A DNA stretch of 64,000 bases from Verrucomicrobiales bacterium (GTDB lineage Bacteria; Verrucomicrobiota; Verrucomicrobiia; Verrucomicrobiales; V1-33): NCBI GenBank assembly GCA_031411295.1, contig JANOAV010000174.1, forward strand, positions 27,054 to 91,053, written 5' to 3'. Below the pieces are notes generated by a model. It was not told where the DNA came from. It worked only from the letters and a program-made list of their open reading frames with translations, and did not search any database. The position numbers were made by a program, and so were the translations under genes. Of the stretch, positions 31,322-39,560 are shown piece by piece (position 1 is the first letter of the stretch; every line of letters starts with the position of its first letter).

Positions 31322-32191
31322 ATGAAAACCATCCGACTCTCGCTCCTCGTGTTAGCCACCAGCACGTTCACTCTCATTGGCCAGGCTCCCGTGTCGTCGC
31401 CTGCGGAACAAGCGCGGAAGGTGCTGGATGATGCCCATAAGAAGGTGGCTGCCGGCCTCAAGCCAGGCGCGCCAGCGAGTCCACCGGCCTCCGCTGGACT
31501 AAGCTTCGCGAATACCCCGGTCCCTGCTCCGAAGGTGATCCCCAAGCCAAACCCTCCGGCCAGAGCCCCCGGGGACATGACCATCGATTCCAACTCCCTC
31601 TATTTTAACGACGACAATAGCAAGGCCGTGTTCCGCGGTCGAGTCCGACTGCGATCGCTGGCCAAAGATATTGATTGCGAGGAACTGGAAATTCTCCTCA
31701 AAAAGGATGCCACCAAGGACACGGTAGCATCCGCGGCCCCCGTGAAACCGGCCCCCACGCCAGCAGCCCCAGAGTTCGACCCCAATAAAGCAAACAAACC
31801 AGGTGTCGAAGCCCCGGCCGCAGCCACTCAGGATGTTGAATCTGATAAAATCGAAAAAGCGTGGGCGCGCGGCAACGGGAGCGTGGTCACCATCGTAAGT
31901 CGTGGTGGCAATGTGGCCGTGTGTAAATGTGGCGAAGCTTTTTTCGATTCCAAAACCGGTAATTTAATTATGAAGATCTGGCCGGAAGTGGAGCAGGATG
32001 GTAAACGCATCGTAGCCACAGATAGGAATACCGTGCTCACGCTGGATAAGAACAAGATCCTCTCTGCTGAAGGCCCAGTCAAAACCGATATTCGCAAGCC
32101 TGCCGAAACAAAGGAAACCAAATTGCCCCCAACCACCGCGGCTGCACCAGCAGCTCCTGCGGCTCCGGTTCCCGTCACGAAACCACGCTAA
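31322..32191 (+). CDS. lptA: LptA/OstA-like LPS transport protein
   Basis: TIDSNSLYF..AVFRGRVRL..IDCEELEI..ARGN; upstream of lptB. Confidence 0.7.
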   Translation: MKTIRLSLLVLATSTFTLIGQAPVSSPAEQARKVLDDAHKKVAAGLKPGAPASPPASAGLSFANTPVPAPKVIPKPNPPARAPGDMTIDSNSLYFNDDNSKAVFRGRVRLRSLAKDIDCEELEILLKKDATKDTVASAAPVKPAPTPAAPEFDPNKANKPGVEAPAAATQDVESDKIEKAWARGNGSVVTIVSRGGNVAVCKCGEAFFDSKTGNLIMKIWPEVEQDGKRIVATDRNTVLTLDKNKILSAEGPVKTDIRKPAETKETKLPPTTAAAPAAPAAPVPVTKPR

Positions 32192-32234
32192 CCGTCTCGC
32201 TCATCCGTTCCTCTCCGTTTGCTCATACCATTTT

Positions 32235-33008
32235 ATGTCCGTTTCTGCTACCGCCCTCGCGCCCGAACCCTCCCTGCGCACCGACAAATTCCTCCTCCAT
32301 ACCCATGGCCTCGTCAAAGTTTATGACGGACGCGCGGTCGTCAACGGGGTGGACATAAACGTCAGGCGCGGTGAAATCGTCGGCCTGCTCGGCCCCAATG
32401 GTGCTGGTAAGACCACCTCATTCTATATGATCGTAGGACTGGTAACGCCGAACGACGGACGCGTCACGTTTGAAGGCGCAAATGTGACCAAGCATCCCAT
32501 GTATAAGCGAGCCCGACTCGGCATGGGCTACCTCCCACAGGAAGAGTCCATTTTCCGCAAACTGACCGTGCGCCAAAACATCATGGCCATCATGGAAACC
32601 ATGGACTACCCCCGGAGCGAGAAAAAGGAACGCTGCGAGGATCTCATGAAACGCTTCGGAATCGAGAAGCTTGCTAACAATCTGGCACTGACTCTCTCCG
32701 GTGGGGAGAAACGACGACTAACCATCGCCCGATCCCTCGTCACCGAGCCCTCGCTCCTCATGTTAGACGAGCCTTTCTCCGGGGTGGACCCCATTGCCGT
32801 GGGAGAAATCCAGGAAATTATCCTCAACCTGCGCGAAGCAGGGTTGGCCATTTTAATCACCGATCACAACGTTCGGGAGACGCTTTCCATCGTGGATCGC
32901 GCTTACCTGATACACAGCGGCAAAGTGCTGCGGGAAGGCACGCGTGACTTCCTCATCAACGATGAGCTGAGTAAAAAACTTTACCTGGGCGAAGAGTTCA
33001 CCATGTGA
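32235..33008 (+). CDS. lptB: LPS export ABC ATPase
   Basis: GPNGAGKTTSFYMIVG, GYLPQEESIF, LSGGE, DEPFSGVDP, TDHNVRETL. Confidence 0.97.
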   Translation: MSVSATALAPEPSLRTDKFLLHTHGLVKVYDGRAVVNGVDINVRRGEIVGLLGPNGAGKTTSFYMIVGLVTPNDGRVTFEGANVTKHPMYKRARLGMGYLPQEESIFRKLTVRQNIMAIMETMDYPRSEKKERCEDLMKRFGIEKLANNLALTLSGGEKRRLTIARSLVTEPSLLMLDEPFSGVDPIAVGEIQEIILNLREAGLAILITDHNVRETLSIVDRAYLIHSGKVLREGTRDFLINDELSKKLYLGEEFTM

Positions 33009-33067
33009 CCCGTCCGTCCATCTAAATAAAAAAAACACACAGAAAGTAAACCGAAAGGAAATTAACC

Positions 33068-33661
33068 ATGCAAACTGCAAACGTAAACCTGCCTATCATC
33101 GTCACCGGACGCCATGTCGATGTCACTGAAGCCATGCGGGACTACGCCCAGAAAAAAGTCGAGGGACTTCATCTGGACTACCCAAAAATCATCGAAGCCA
33201 AGATCATCTTGGACGTGCCCCATGGTCATGGTGGACCGCGTCACTTCGCTGAAATTATCCTCTTCTGCGCCAACCATATCACCATTGAGGCCAGCACCGA
33301 AAGCGCAGACATCTACGCCTCGATTGACGAAACCATCAGCAAGATCGCGCGCCGCATGCGCAAGTTCAAAACGCGCCTGCTCAAGTCCCACCGCCCCCGG
33401 CAGGCCACGATTCGTCACCTCGATGAGCATGTTTACACCCCCGAGCACCACGAAGGCGAGTCCCATGAGGAAATGGAACCCGTCATCATTCACAAGGAAA
33501 ACTACAAGGTCCGTCCCCTCTATCCGGACGAAGCCATCACCGATCTTGAACTCAGCGATCGTTCCTTCGTCGTCTTCATGAATCAGAAGAACCATCAGCT
33601 CAGCATCCTCTTCAAGCGCAAAGATGGCGATTACGGAGTCGTTGAGCTGAATCAGGATTAG
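33068..33661 (+). CDS. hpf: Long ribosome hibernation promoting factor
   Basis: ITGRH-like VTGRHVDVTEAMRDY, DIYASID, and a C-terminal S30AE-type segment (ILFKRKDGDYG). Confidence 0.9.
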   Translation: MQTANVNLPIIVTGRHVDVTEAMRDYAQKKVEGLHLDYPKIIEAKIILDVPHGHGGPRHFAEIILFCANHITIEASTESADIYASIDETISKIARRMRKFKTRLLKSHRPRQATIRHLDEHVYTPEHHEGESHEEMEPVIIHKENYKVRPLYPDEAITDLELSDRSFVVFMNQKNHQLSILFKRKDGDYGVVELNQD

Positions 33662-33687
33662 CCGGATCATAGGCCCCAGCCCTGGGG

Positions 33688-33732
33688 CAGATCGTGACGG
33701 TTACGCGCGGTGTCGCGTAACCCCACGATCTG
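33688..33732 (+). terminator. Long hairpin downstream of hpf
   Basis: CAGATCGTG-ACGGTTACGCG..CGCGTAACC-CCACGATCTG inverted repeat; no strong U tail. Confidence 0.45.
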
Positions 33733-33773
33733 TCGCCTAGTTTGGAAAAAGATCGTCCAAGGCAAAAAAATAG

Positions 33774-33801
33774 TTGCCACCCGGAGTTGTTCGCCTAGTA
33801 T
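33774..33801 (+). promoter_or_regulatory. Sigma70-type promoter of tRNA-Asp
   Basis: TTGCCA-N16-TAGTAT, preceded by an A-tract and followed by a GC-rich discriminator. Confidence 0.55.
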
Positions 33802-33835
33802 CACGGCTCCCAGCGAAACGCTGAATTGGAACACT

Positions 33836-33912
33836 GGAGCGGTAGCTCAGTTGGTTAGAGCGCAGCCCTGTCACGGCTGAGGTCGCGGGTTCGAGCCCCG
33901 TCCGCTCCGCCA
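33836..33912 (+). tRNA. tRNA-Asp(GTC)
   Basis: GGAGCGG acceptor stem, D arm TAGCTCAGTTGGTTAGAGC, anticodon loop CTGTCAC, GGTTCGAG T arm, encoded CCA. Confidence 0.98.
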
Positions 33913-34004
33913 GTGTTTTCCAAGGCCACCGGTCAGTCGCCAAAAAAGTTACATGCTTGCCATGAACGAGATGTGACTTACTCCGCCGCACCATCTAAGG
34001 TCCC

Positions 34005-34029
34005 GTGCGTCCGCTGCGGCGGACGCCAC
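34005..34029 (-). repeat. REP-like palindrome (GTGG foot)
   Basis: On the minus strand, GTGG is followed by the CGTCCGC-CGCA-GCGGACG hairpin. Confidence 0.45.
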
Positions 34030-34117
34030 AATCCCCGCCTGCCGGATTCGACTTTCAAAGAGCCGCCTGCGGAAGAAGTCTAAACCCATTTCCATTTTAA
34101 AATGAGTGCATTCATAA

Positions 34118-34179
34118 GAATGTGGATCAGCCCGCCGGGCTGATCTAGCATGAGCAGCCCAGCGGGCTGCTCCACATTC
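34118..34179. repeat. Inverted REP doublet (REPIN/BIME-like)
   Basis: GAATGTGGATCAGCCCGCCGGGCTGATC-TAGCAT-GAGCAGCCCAGCGGGCTGCTCCACATTC. The two 28-bp arms have 3 mismatches, and each is GTGG plus an internal hairpin. Confidence 0.7.
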
Positions 34180-34197
34180 AACCGAGCAAGGTTGTTC

Positions 34198-36474
34198 ATG
34201 AAAAAACTCTTCTCCAAGCGACGACTGCTACGCTGGGCGCTTTGCCTGGTGGGGCTCTGCTTGCTTTGCTATTATGCGCTGCCGTGGGTGATGCCGTTGC
34301 CGCCTAGCTTGTTGGTGCCGCCGGTCCAAGGACAAGAAATCACGGATCGGCATGGGAAGGTGTTGCGAAAGTTGTTGGTGAATGGGCAGCGCACGAACGG
34401 GGTTTTGCCACTCGCGGAGATTCCGCAGGCATTGCAGCAAGCGACCTTGGCAGCAGAGGATAAACGTTTCTATGCCCATGGCGGAATCGATTTCCTCAGC
34501 CTGGCACGGGCGCTGCGGGATGCGGTGGCGCACGGGCGTTCTACTTCCGGAGCGTCGACGATTACGCAGCAACTCATCAAAATTTCCCAACCCCGACCCC
34601 GCACGCTCTGGACGAAGGTGGTGGAAATGTTAACTGCGCGACGTTTGGAAATGATGTGGAGCAAGGAGCGGATCTTGGCAGAGTATCTGAATCGATTGGA
34701 CTATGGCAATCTGCGGAAAGGCTGTGCCGTGGCGGCTCAGGGGTATTTTTCGAAACCCCTGCGCGACTGCTCGGTGGCGGAATGCGCGTTGCTGGCTGGG
34801 TTGCCGCAAGCGCCCTCTCGGCTAAATCCCTATCAACATCCTGATCGGGCCAAAAAACGCCAGGCTTATGTGCTGGAACGCCTGCGGGAACTGAGAAATG
34901 TCTCCGCAGAGGAATGGCAGCGCGCCACAGATCAACCACTGCAGTTCCAGCGGGACTATGGGGAATTCCTCGCTCCGCACTTCGCAGAAATGGTGCTGGC
35001 CTCCGCCGAGAAACTGCCGCAGACGGCTACCAGCATTGATTTGACGTTACAGGACTTCTGCGAGCGCATGATCCGGGATCGCTTGGCCGCGTTAAAAGAA
35101 CATCACGTTGAGCAAGCGGCTTGCGTGGTGATCGACAATGCGAGCGGCGGGATTCGTGCGCTGGTGGGAAGCCGGGAATTCCAACAACAGCAGGTGAATG
35201 GAGCGCTGGCGAAGCGCTCGCCCGGTTCCGCGCTGAAGCCGTTTACCTACTTGCTGGCGATGCAGGCGGACGATTCTCCCAGCACGATGGTGGATGATTT
35301 GCCAATTGAGTTCGCCACCCCCACCGGGCTCTACAAACCCAAGAATTATTCTGGGCGCACTTATGGTCCCGTGAGCTATCGCGTGGCGCTGGCCAATAGT
35401 TTGAATCTGGCTGCAGTGCGGGTGTTGGATAAGATCGGCGGTGCGGAATCCTTGATTTCCGCGCTGCGAGCCGCAGGTCTGAAAACGCTCACGCGCTCTG
35501 CCGCGGACTATGGATTGGGGCTCACGATTGGTGGTGGTGAAGTGAAACTATTGGAACTAGCAACTGCCTATGCCTGCCTGGCCCGACAAGGGATTTACCT
35601 GCCGGTAAATCTCTGGAACACCCAACCGGATGAGGATTCCGGGCTGCGTATTTTCGATCCGACCGCGTGCTATCTACTGGCAGACATCATGGCGGACAAC
35701 GACGCGCGGGTCCGCAGTTTCGGTAGTCGCAGCGCGTTGCGCCTGCCTTTCCCTGTGGCGGTCAAAACAGGCACCAGCACCGACTATCGCGACAACTGGA
35801 CGATTGGATTTACGCCGCAATACACCGTGGCCGTCTGGGTGGGCAACTTCGACGGCAGTGCCATGCAGGGTGTGAGTGGCGTGACCGGAGCCGGCCCCAT
35901 TTTCCGAGACCTCTTCATTTATCTCAACGCTCAGGAGCGTCAGACGTGGTATGAACCATCGGATCGCATTGTGACCGCGCAAGTGGATCCCCTAACGGGT
36001 CGCCCGGTGTCTGCGGAACTAGCGGGGAAACGTGAAGTGAAGGAGGAGAAATTTCACCGGAACAATGTTCCCATGGAATCCCTGCCTGGGCAATACGATG
36101 CTAGGGGCCGTCTCTTCCTGCCAAGGGCCTACGCCAGTTGGTTGGATTCGCCTGACAACTGGCTGGGAGATGCCGCTGCCCTCGCTCCCGAGGACAACCC
36201 GCTGAATCGACAAGTCACGACGTTGCGCATCCAAGTGCCATTGCCTGGCACCACTTTCCTGCTGGATCCCGACCTCACGGCTCAAGGCCAAATGTTGTTT
36301 CTCAAAGCCAACACCCCCGCTCATGAACTGCGTTGGAGTTCCGAGACCCTAGCTATTTCCAAAGTGGAAGGCCGTCCCCAAGCAAAACTGCTAGTGGGAG
36401 ATCACACCCTCACGGTAGAAAACGTCCGCACCAAGGAAACCCAGAGCACGAGGATTCAAGTGAGACGGTTGTAG
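34198..36474 (+). CDS. pbpC: Penicillin-binding protein 1C
   Basis: EDKRF..HGGID, GASTITQQL, SPGSALKPF, SLN, KTGTS, plus a C-terminal PBP1C-type extension. Confidence 0.9.
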   Translation: MKKLFSKRRLLRWALCLVGLCLLCYYALPWVMPLPPSLLVPPVQGQEITDRHGKVLRKLLVNGQRTNGVLPLAEIPQALQQATLAAEDKRFYAHGGIDFLSLARALRDAVAHGRSTSGASTITQQLIKISQPRPRTLWTKVVEMLTARRLEMMWSKERILAEYLNRLDYGNLRKGCAVAAQGYFSKPLRDCSVAECALLAGLPQAPSRLNPYQHPDRAKKRQAYVLERLRELRNVSAEEWQRATDQPLQFQRDYGEFLAPHFAEMVLASAEKLPQTATSIDLTLQDFCERMIRDRLAALKEHHVEQAACVVIDNASGGIRALVGSREFQQQQVNGALAKRSPGSALKPFTYLLAMQADDSPSTMVDDLPIEFATPTGLYKPKNYSGRTYGPVSYRVALANSLNLAAVRVLDKIGGAESLISALRAAGLKTLTRSAADYGLGLTIGGGEVKLLELATAYACLARQGIYLPVNLWNTQPDEDSGLRIFDPTACYLLADIMADNDARVRSFGSRSALRLPFPVAVKTGTSTDYRDNWTIGFTPQYTVAVWVGNFDGSAMQGVSGVTGAGPIFRDLFIYLNAQERQTWYEPSDRIVTAQVDPLTGRPVSAELAGKREVKEEKFHRNNVPMESLPGQYDARGRLFLPRAYASWLDSPDNWLGDAAALAPEDNPLNRQVTTLRIQVPLPGTTFLLDPDLTAQGQMLFLKANTPAHELRWSSETLAISKVEGRPQAKLLVGDHTLTVENVRTKETQSTRIQVRRL

Positions 36475-36495
36475 TCGAAAGGTGGCCTGTTGACT

Positions 36496-37827
36496 CTAGC
36501 CATTCAACGTCCAGCCTTCGCGATACTTCCGGCTTAGGAATTCGTTGGCTTCGGGGCAGTCGGTGACTTTGCCAGTGGCTCCGTCGTATTGGATCTTCTT
36601 GCCGACGCGATAGGCCACCAAACCCAGCAGCATTTGCTCGATCATTTCGCTGCTGTATTCAAAGTCGCATGCGGTCTTCTTGGAGGGATCTTTGCAGGCA
36701 TCGAACCACTGCTTTTGGAAGTGGCCCACCGGCGGGAGCACTGTTTCCGCAGTGCGTGGCTTGTAGTAAGCTAGGTCAGCGTTGTCTCCAAAAGGAATGA
36801 TCATGCGACTGTCGAAGTCGCCCACGAGGAAGCCCTTGGTCCCTTTGAACATGGCACCATGGTCGATGGCTTTAAGGTCGATGAACTTCTTCGGTGCGCG
36901 CGGCATGGCCCCGCCTTGATACCAGCTCACGGTGATCGGGCCGCGCCAGTCATTCTTGGGATGTTCGAAGTGGGATTCACATTCCACTGGCGTGACATCG
37001 GGGTTGAATTTCTCTCCCTTGGCCTCGGCGGATGTGGGAAGATGCGCGTCCACTGCATTCCACAGCAGGTCCATCGTATGGCTGCCCATATCGCCAATCT
37101 GACCAGCTCCGAAGTCCCAGAACATATTCCACTCCAGACAGTTGGCCCCAGCGCTGCCCTTGAAGTAACCAGGGTTGTAAGGATGCATGGGCGATGGGCC
37201 GATCCACAGATCGTAATCGAATCCTGCTGGAGGAGCGCCTTCAGCGGGCAGATAACCACTGCGACGAATTTGCCGATTGCCCCATGCATAAGCTGCCTGA
37301 AGATCTCCAATGGCTCCATCCCGAATCAGTTCGCGGATGCGATTGAAATTCTGCATGGCGTGCCGCTGCATGCCGACCTGGGAGGCTAGCTTGCCTTTCT
37401 TCGTCATCCAATTGGCGCGCACGACTCGGGCTTCTTCAACACTAACAGCGAGTGGCTTTTCGCAATACACATGCAGATCGCGATTCAACGCCCAGTTCGC
37501 CACGAACGCATGGGTGTGGTCCGCCGTGCAAATGACTACCGCGTCCAAGCCTTTGTGATCCAAGCATTTCCGCCAATCGGTGTAAGTGGTGGCGTTCGGG
37601 AAACGTTTCAGGGCATCGGGGAAGCGGTTCGAGTTCACATCGCAGAGCGCCACGACATTTTCTTCAGAGATGGAATCATAATGCGCTAACCCGCGTCCCC
37701 AGACTCCGATGAGGGCAATGTTCAGCTTGTTGCCCGGGGCGTTCTTTCCAGCGCGGGTGCCGCTCGGAAGGATCAGTAGGCCTGCGCCTGTGGTGGTTGC
37801 GGTAGAGAGAAAATTTCGGCGTTTCAT
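36496..37827 (-). CDS. Tat-exported Gfo/Idh/MocA oxidoreductase
   Basis: MKRRNFL Tat motif, IGVWGRG, HVYCEKPL, GDMGSH. Confidence 0.92.
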   Translation of the reverse strand: MKRRNFLSTATTTGAGLLILPSGTRAGKNAPGNKLNIALIGVWGRGLAHYDSISEENVVALCDVNSNRFPDALKRFPNATTYTDWRKCLDHKGLDAVVICTADHTHAFVANWALNRDLHVYCEKPLAVSVEEARVVRANWMTKKGKLASQVGMQRHAMQNFNRIRELIRDGAIGDLQAAYAWGNRQIRRSGYLPAEGAPPAGFDYDLWIGPSPMHPYNPGYFKGSAGANCLEWNMFWDFGAGQIGDMGSHTMDLLWNAVDAHLPTSAEAKGEKFNPDVTPVECESHFEHPKNDWRGPITVSWYQGGAMPRAPKKFIDLKAIDHGAMFKGTKGFLVGDFDSRMIIPFGDNADLAYYKPRTAETVLPPVGHFQKQWFDACKDPSKKTACDFEYSSEMIEQMLLGLVAYRVGKKIQYDGATGKVTDCPEANEFLSRKYREGWTLNG

Positions 37828-37924
37828 GATTTAAATGGAAGTTGTGGGACGAATCATACAATCAAGATCGTCAATCCCGCACTACTAATTTGCGGCTAGT
37901 CATCCGCAATGACGGATAGGGGAT

Positions 37925-38110
37925 TCAGCACAATCCACCCACCCGGTGGAATTCCCGACGATATGCTAGTGGAGGCATGCGGCAGCGGCAATGAAGGCAC
38001 GGGTGAAGTGACTTTGATTGTAGAATCCACAGGTCTCTGCAATGTTGCCCAAAGCATCGGTCGATTCCTCCAACCGGCGGCGGGCGCTGAGAAGGCGCAC
38101 TTTCACGGGA
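37925..38110 (-). pseudogene. AraC-family regulator C-terminal remnant with a frameshift
   Basis: VRLLSARRRLEESTDALGNIAETCGFYNQSHFTRAF, then after a 1-nt shift near 37980, MPPLAYRREF. No N-terminal part is visible. Confidence 0.75.
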
Positions 38111-38164
38111 ACACGCAGTGCGATTCAACATGAACTTTCAGCGATAATCTGCCAAGCTTGGGCC

Positions 38165-39556
38165 ATGTTTGACTTTCTAGCAGATTCCTTCAGAGACCGG
38201 GCCATCCTGTGCGGGCCGGGTAAATCGCGGCGTGAGTTCCTGCAAGTGGGAGCGCTGGCCGCTCTGGGCTTGTCGTGGCCGCAGTATTTGCAGGCAGCGC
38301 AAAATGGCCAGGTGAAGCCGGGCCATGAGAAGCGCTCGTGCATTATGATCTTCAATCTGGGCGGGCCCAGTCATATTGATCTCTGGGATATGAAGCCGGA
38401 TGCCCCTCGGGAAATTCGCGGTCCCTTCAAGCCTATCCGCACGAAGACAGATGCGTTTGAACTCTCTGAACTCTTGCCAAAACATGCCGCCTTGGCGGAT
38501 AAATTTTCGCTGGTGCGCTCCTGCCATCATGATGGCGCGGCGGTGCATGATGCGGGGTGGCAAATGATGCAAACGGGTCGGCGGTTCACAGGCGGAATCC
38601 AAACTCCGCATGCGGGAGCGGTCGCTTCGTATCTGCTGGGGCGTCGCACGGACTTGCCGCCGTTTGTGGTCTTGCCACAATTGATGGGGCGGGGCGGTGG
38701 CAACATGCCGAATGGTCAGGCCGGTGGTTTCTTGGGGAAATCCCATGATCCCTTCGCGCTCATGGCCGATCCTTCCCAGAAAGATTTTCGGGTGCCGGAT
38801 TTACTGCCGCCAGACCAAATTGGAGCCGCGCGATTAGACCGCAGGCGCAGGATGCGCGACGTGGTCGAGAGTGCGGTGAAAGAATTCGAAGCCAGCGAGG
38901 ATGCGCGTTTGTTGGACGAAAATTTCCACGCGGCCTTCCGCATGATGACCAGCGAGCAGGCACGCGCAGCATTTGACCTAACTCAGGAAACGCAGGCGGT
39001 GCGGGATCGTTATGGGATGAATCGCTTCGGTCAATGCTGTCTGTTAGCGCGACGTTTGGTGGAGAATGGCGTGCGTTTCGTGACGATCAATACGTTCCTG
39101 ACGGTGTTCGATGAGATCACCTGGGATATTCACGGATCGAAGCCATTCACCTCCATTGAAGGCATGAAGGACATCGTGTGTCCCATGTATGATCAAGCCT
39201 ATAGCGCTCTCATTGAGGACTTGGATCAACGCGGATTGCTGGGCGATACCCTGGTGGCGAACATCTCTGAATTCGGTCGCACCCCGAAAGTGAATCCTGC
39301 TGGTGGTCGCGATCACTGGCCGAGTTGCTTCACGTCGTATTTTGCTGGTGGCGGAGTCAAAGGCGGTCGTGTCATTGGCGCCAGCGATACCATCGGCGGC
39401 TTCCCGGCCGAGCGTCCTGTGGGTCCTGGTGACATTGTGGCAACCGTGTTTCATAGCCTTGGGCTGGATCACAGCGCGCATCTGCCCGGGCCTGGAGGTC
39501 GGCCGTTTGCACTCACGGATTTAGGCACCGAACCCATCAAAGAACTTTTCGTTTAG
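38165..39556 (+). CDS. DUF1501 family protein
   Basis: SRREFLQVG, GGPSHIDLWDMKP, CLLARRLVE, EFGRTP, GRDHW. Confidence 0.93.
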   Translation: MFDFLADSFRDRAILCGPGKSRREFLQVGALAALGLSWPQYLQAAQNGQVKPGHEKRSCIMIFNLGGPSHIDLWDMKPDAPREIRGPFKPIRTKTDAFELSELLPKHAALADKFSLVRSCHHDGAAVHDAGWQMMQTGRRFTGGIQTPHAGAVASYLLGRRTDLPPFVVLPQLMGRGGGNMPNGQAGGFLGKSHDPFALMADPSQKDFRVPDLLPPDQIGAARLDRRRRMRDVVESAVKEFEASEDARLLDENFHAAFRMMTSEQARAAFDLTQETQAVRDRYGMNRFGQCCLLARRLVENGVRFVTINTFLTVFDEITWDIHGSKPFTSIEGMKDIVCPMYDQAYSALIEDLDQRGLLGDTLVANISEFGRTPKVNPAGGRDHWPSCFTSYFAGGGVKGGRVIGASDTIGGFPAERPVGPGDIVATVFHSLGLDHSAHLPGPGGRPFALTDLGTEPIKELFV

Positions 39557-39560
39557 GCTT

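Noticed and set aside
33836..34200. tRNA-Asp as an integration site for a genomic island
   Set aside because: No integrase nearby, and no convincing duplicate of the tRNA 3' end was seen in the window.
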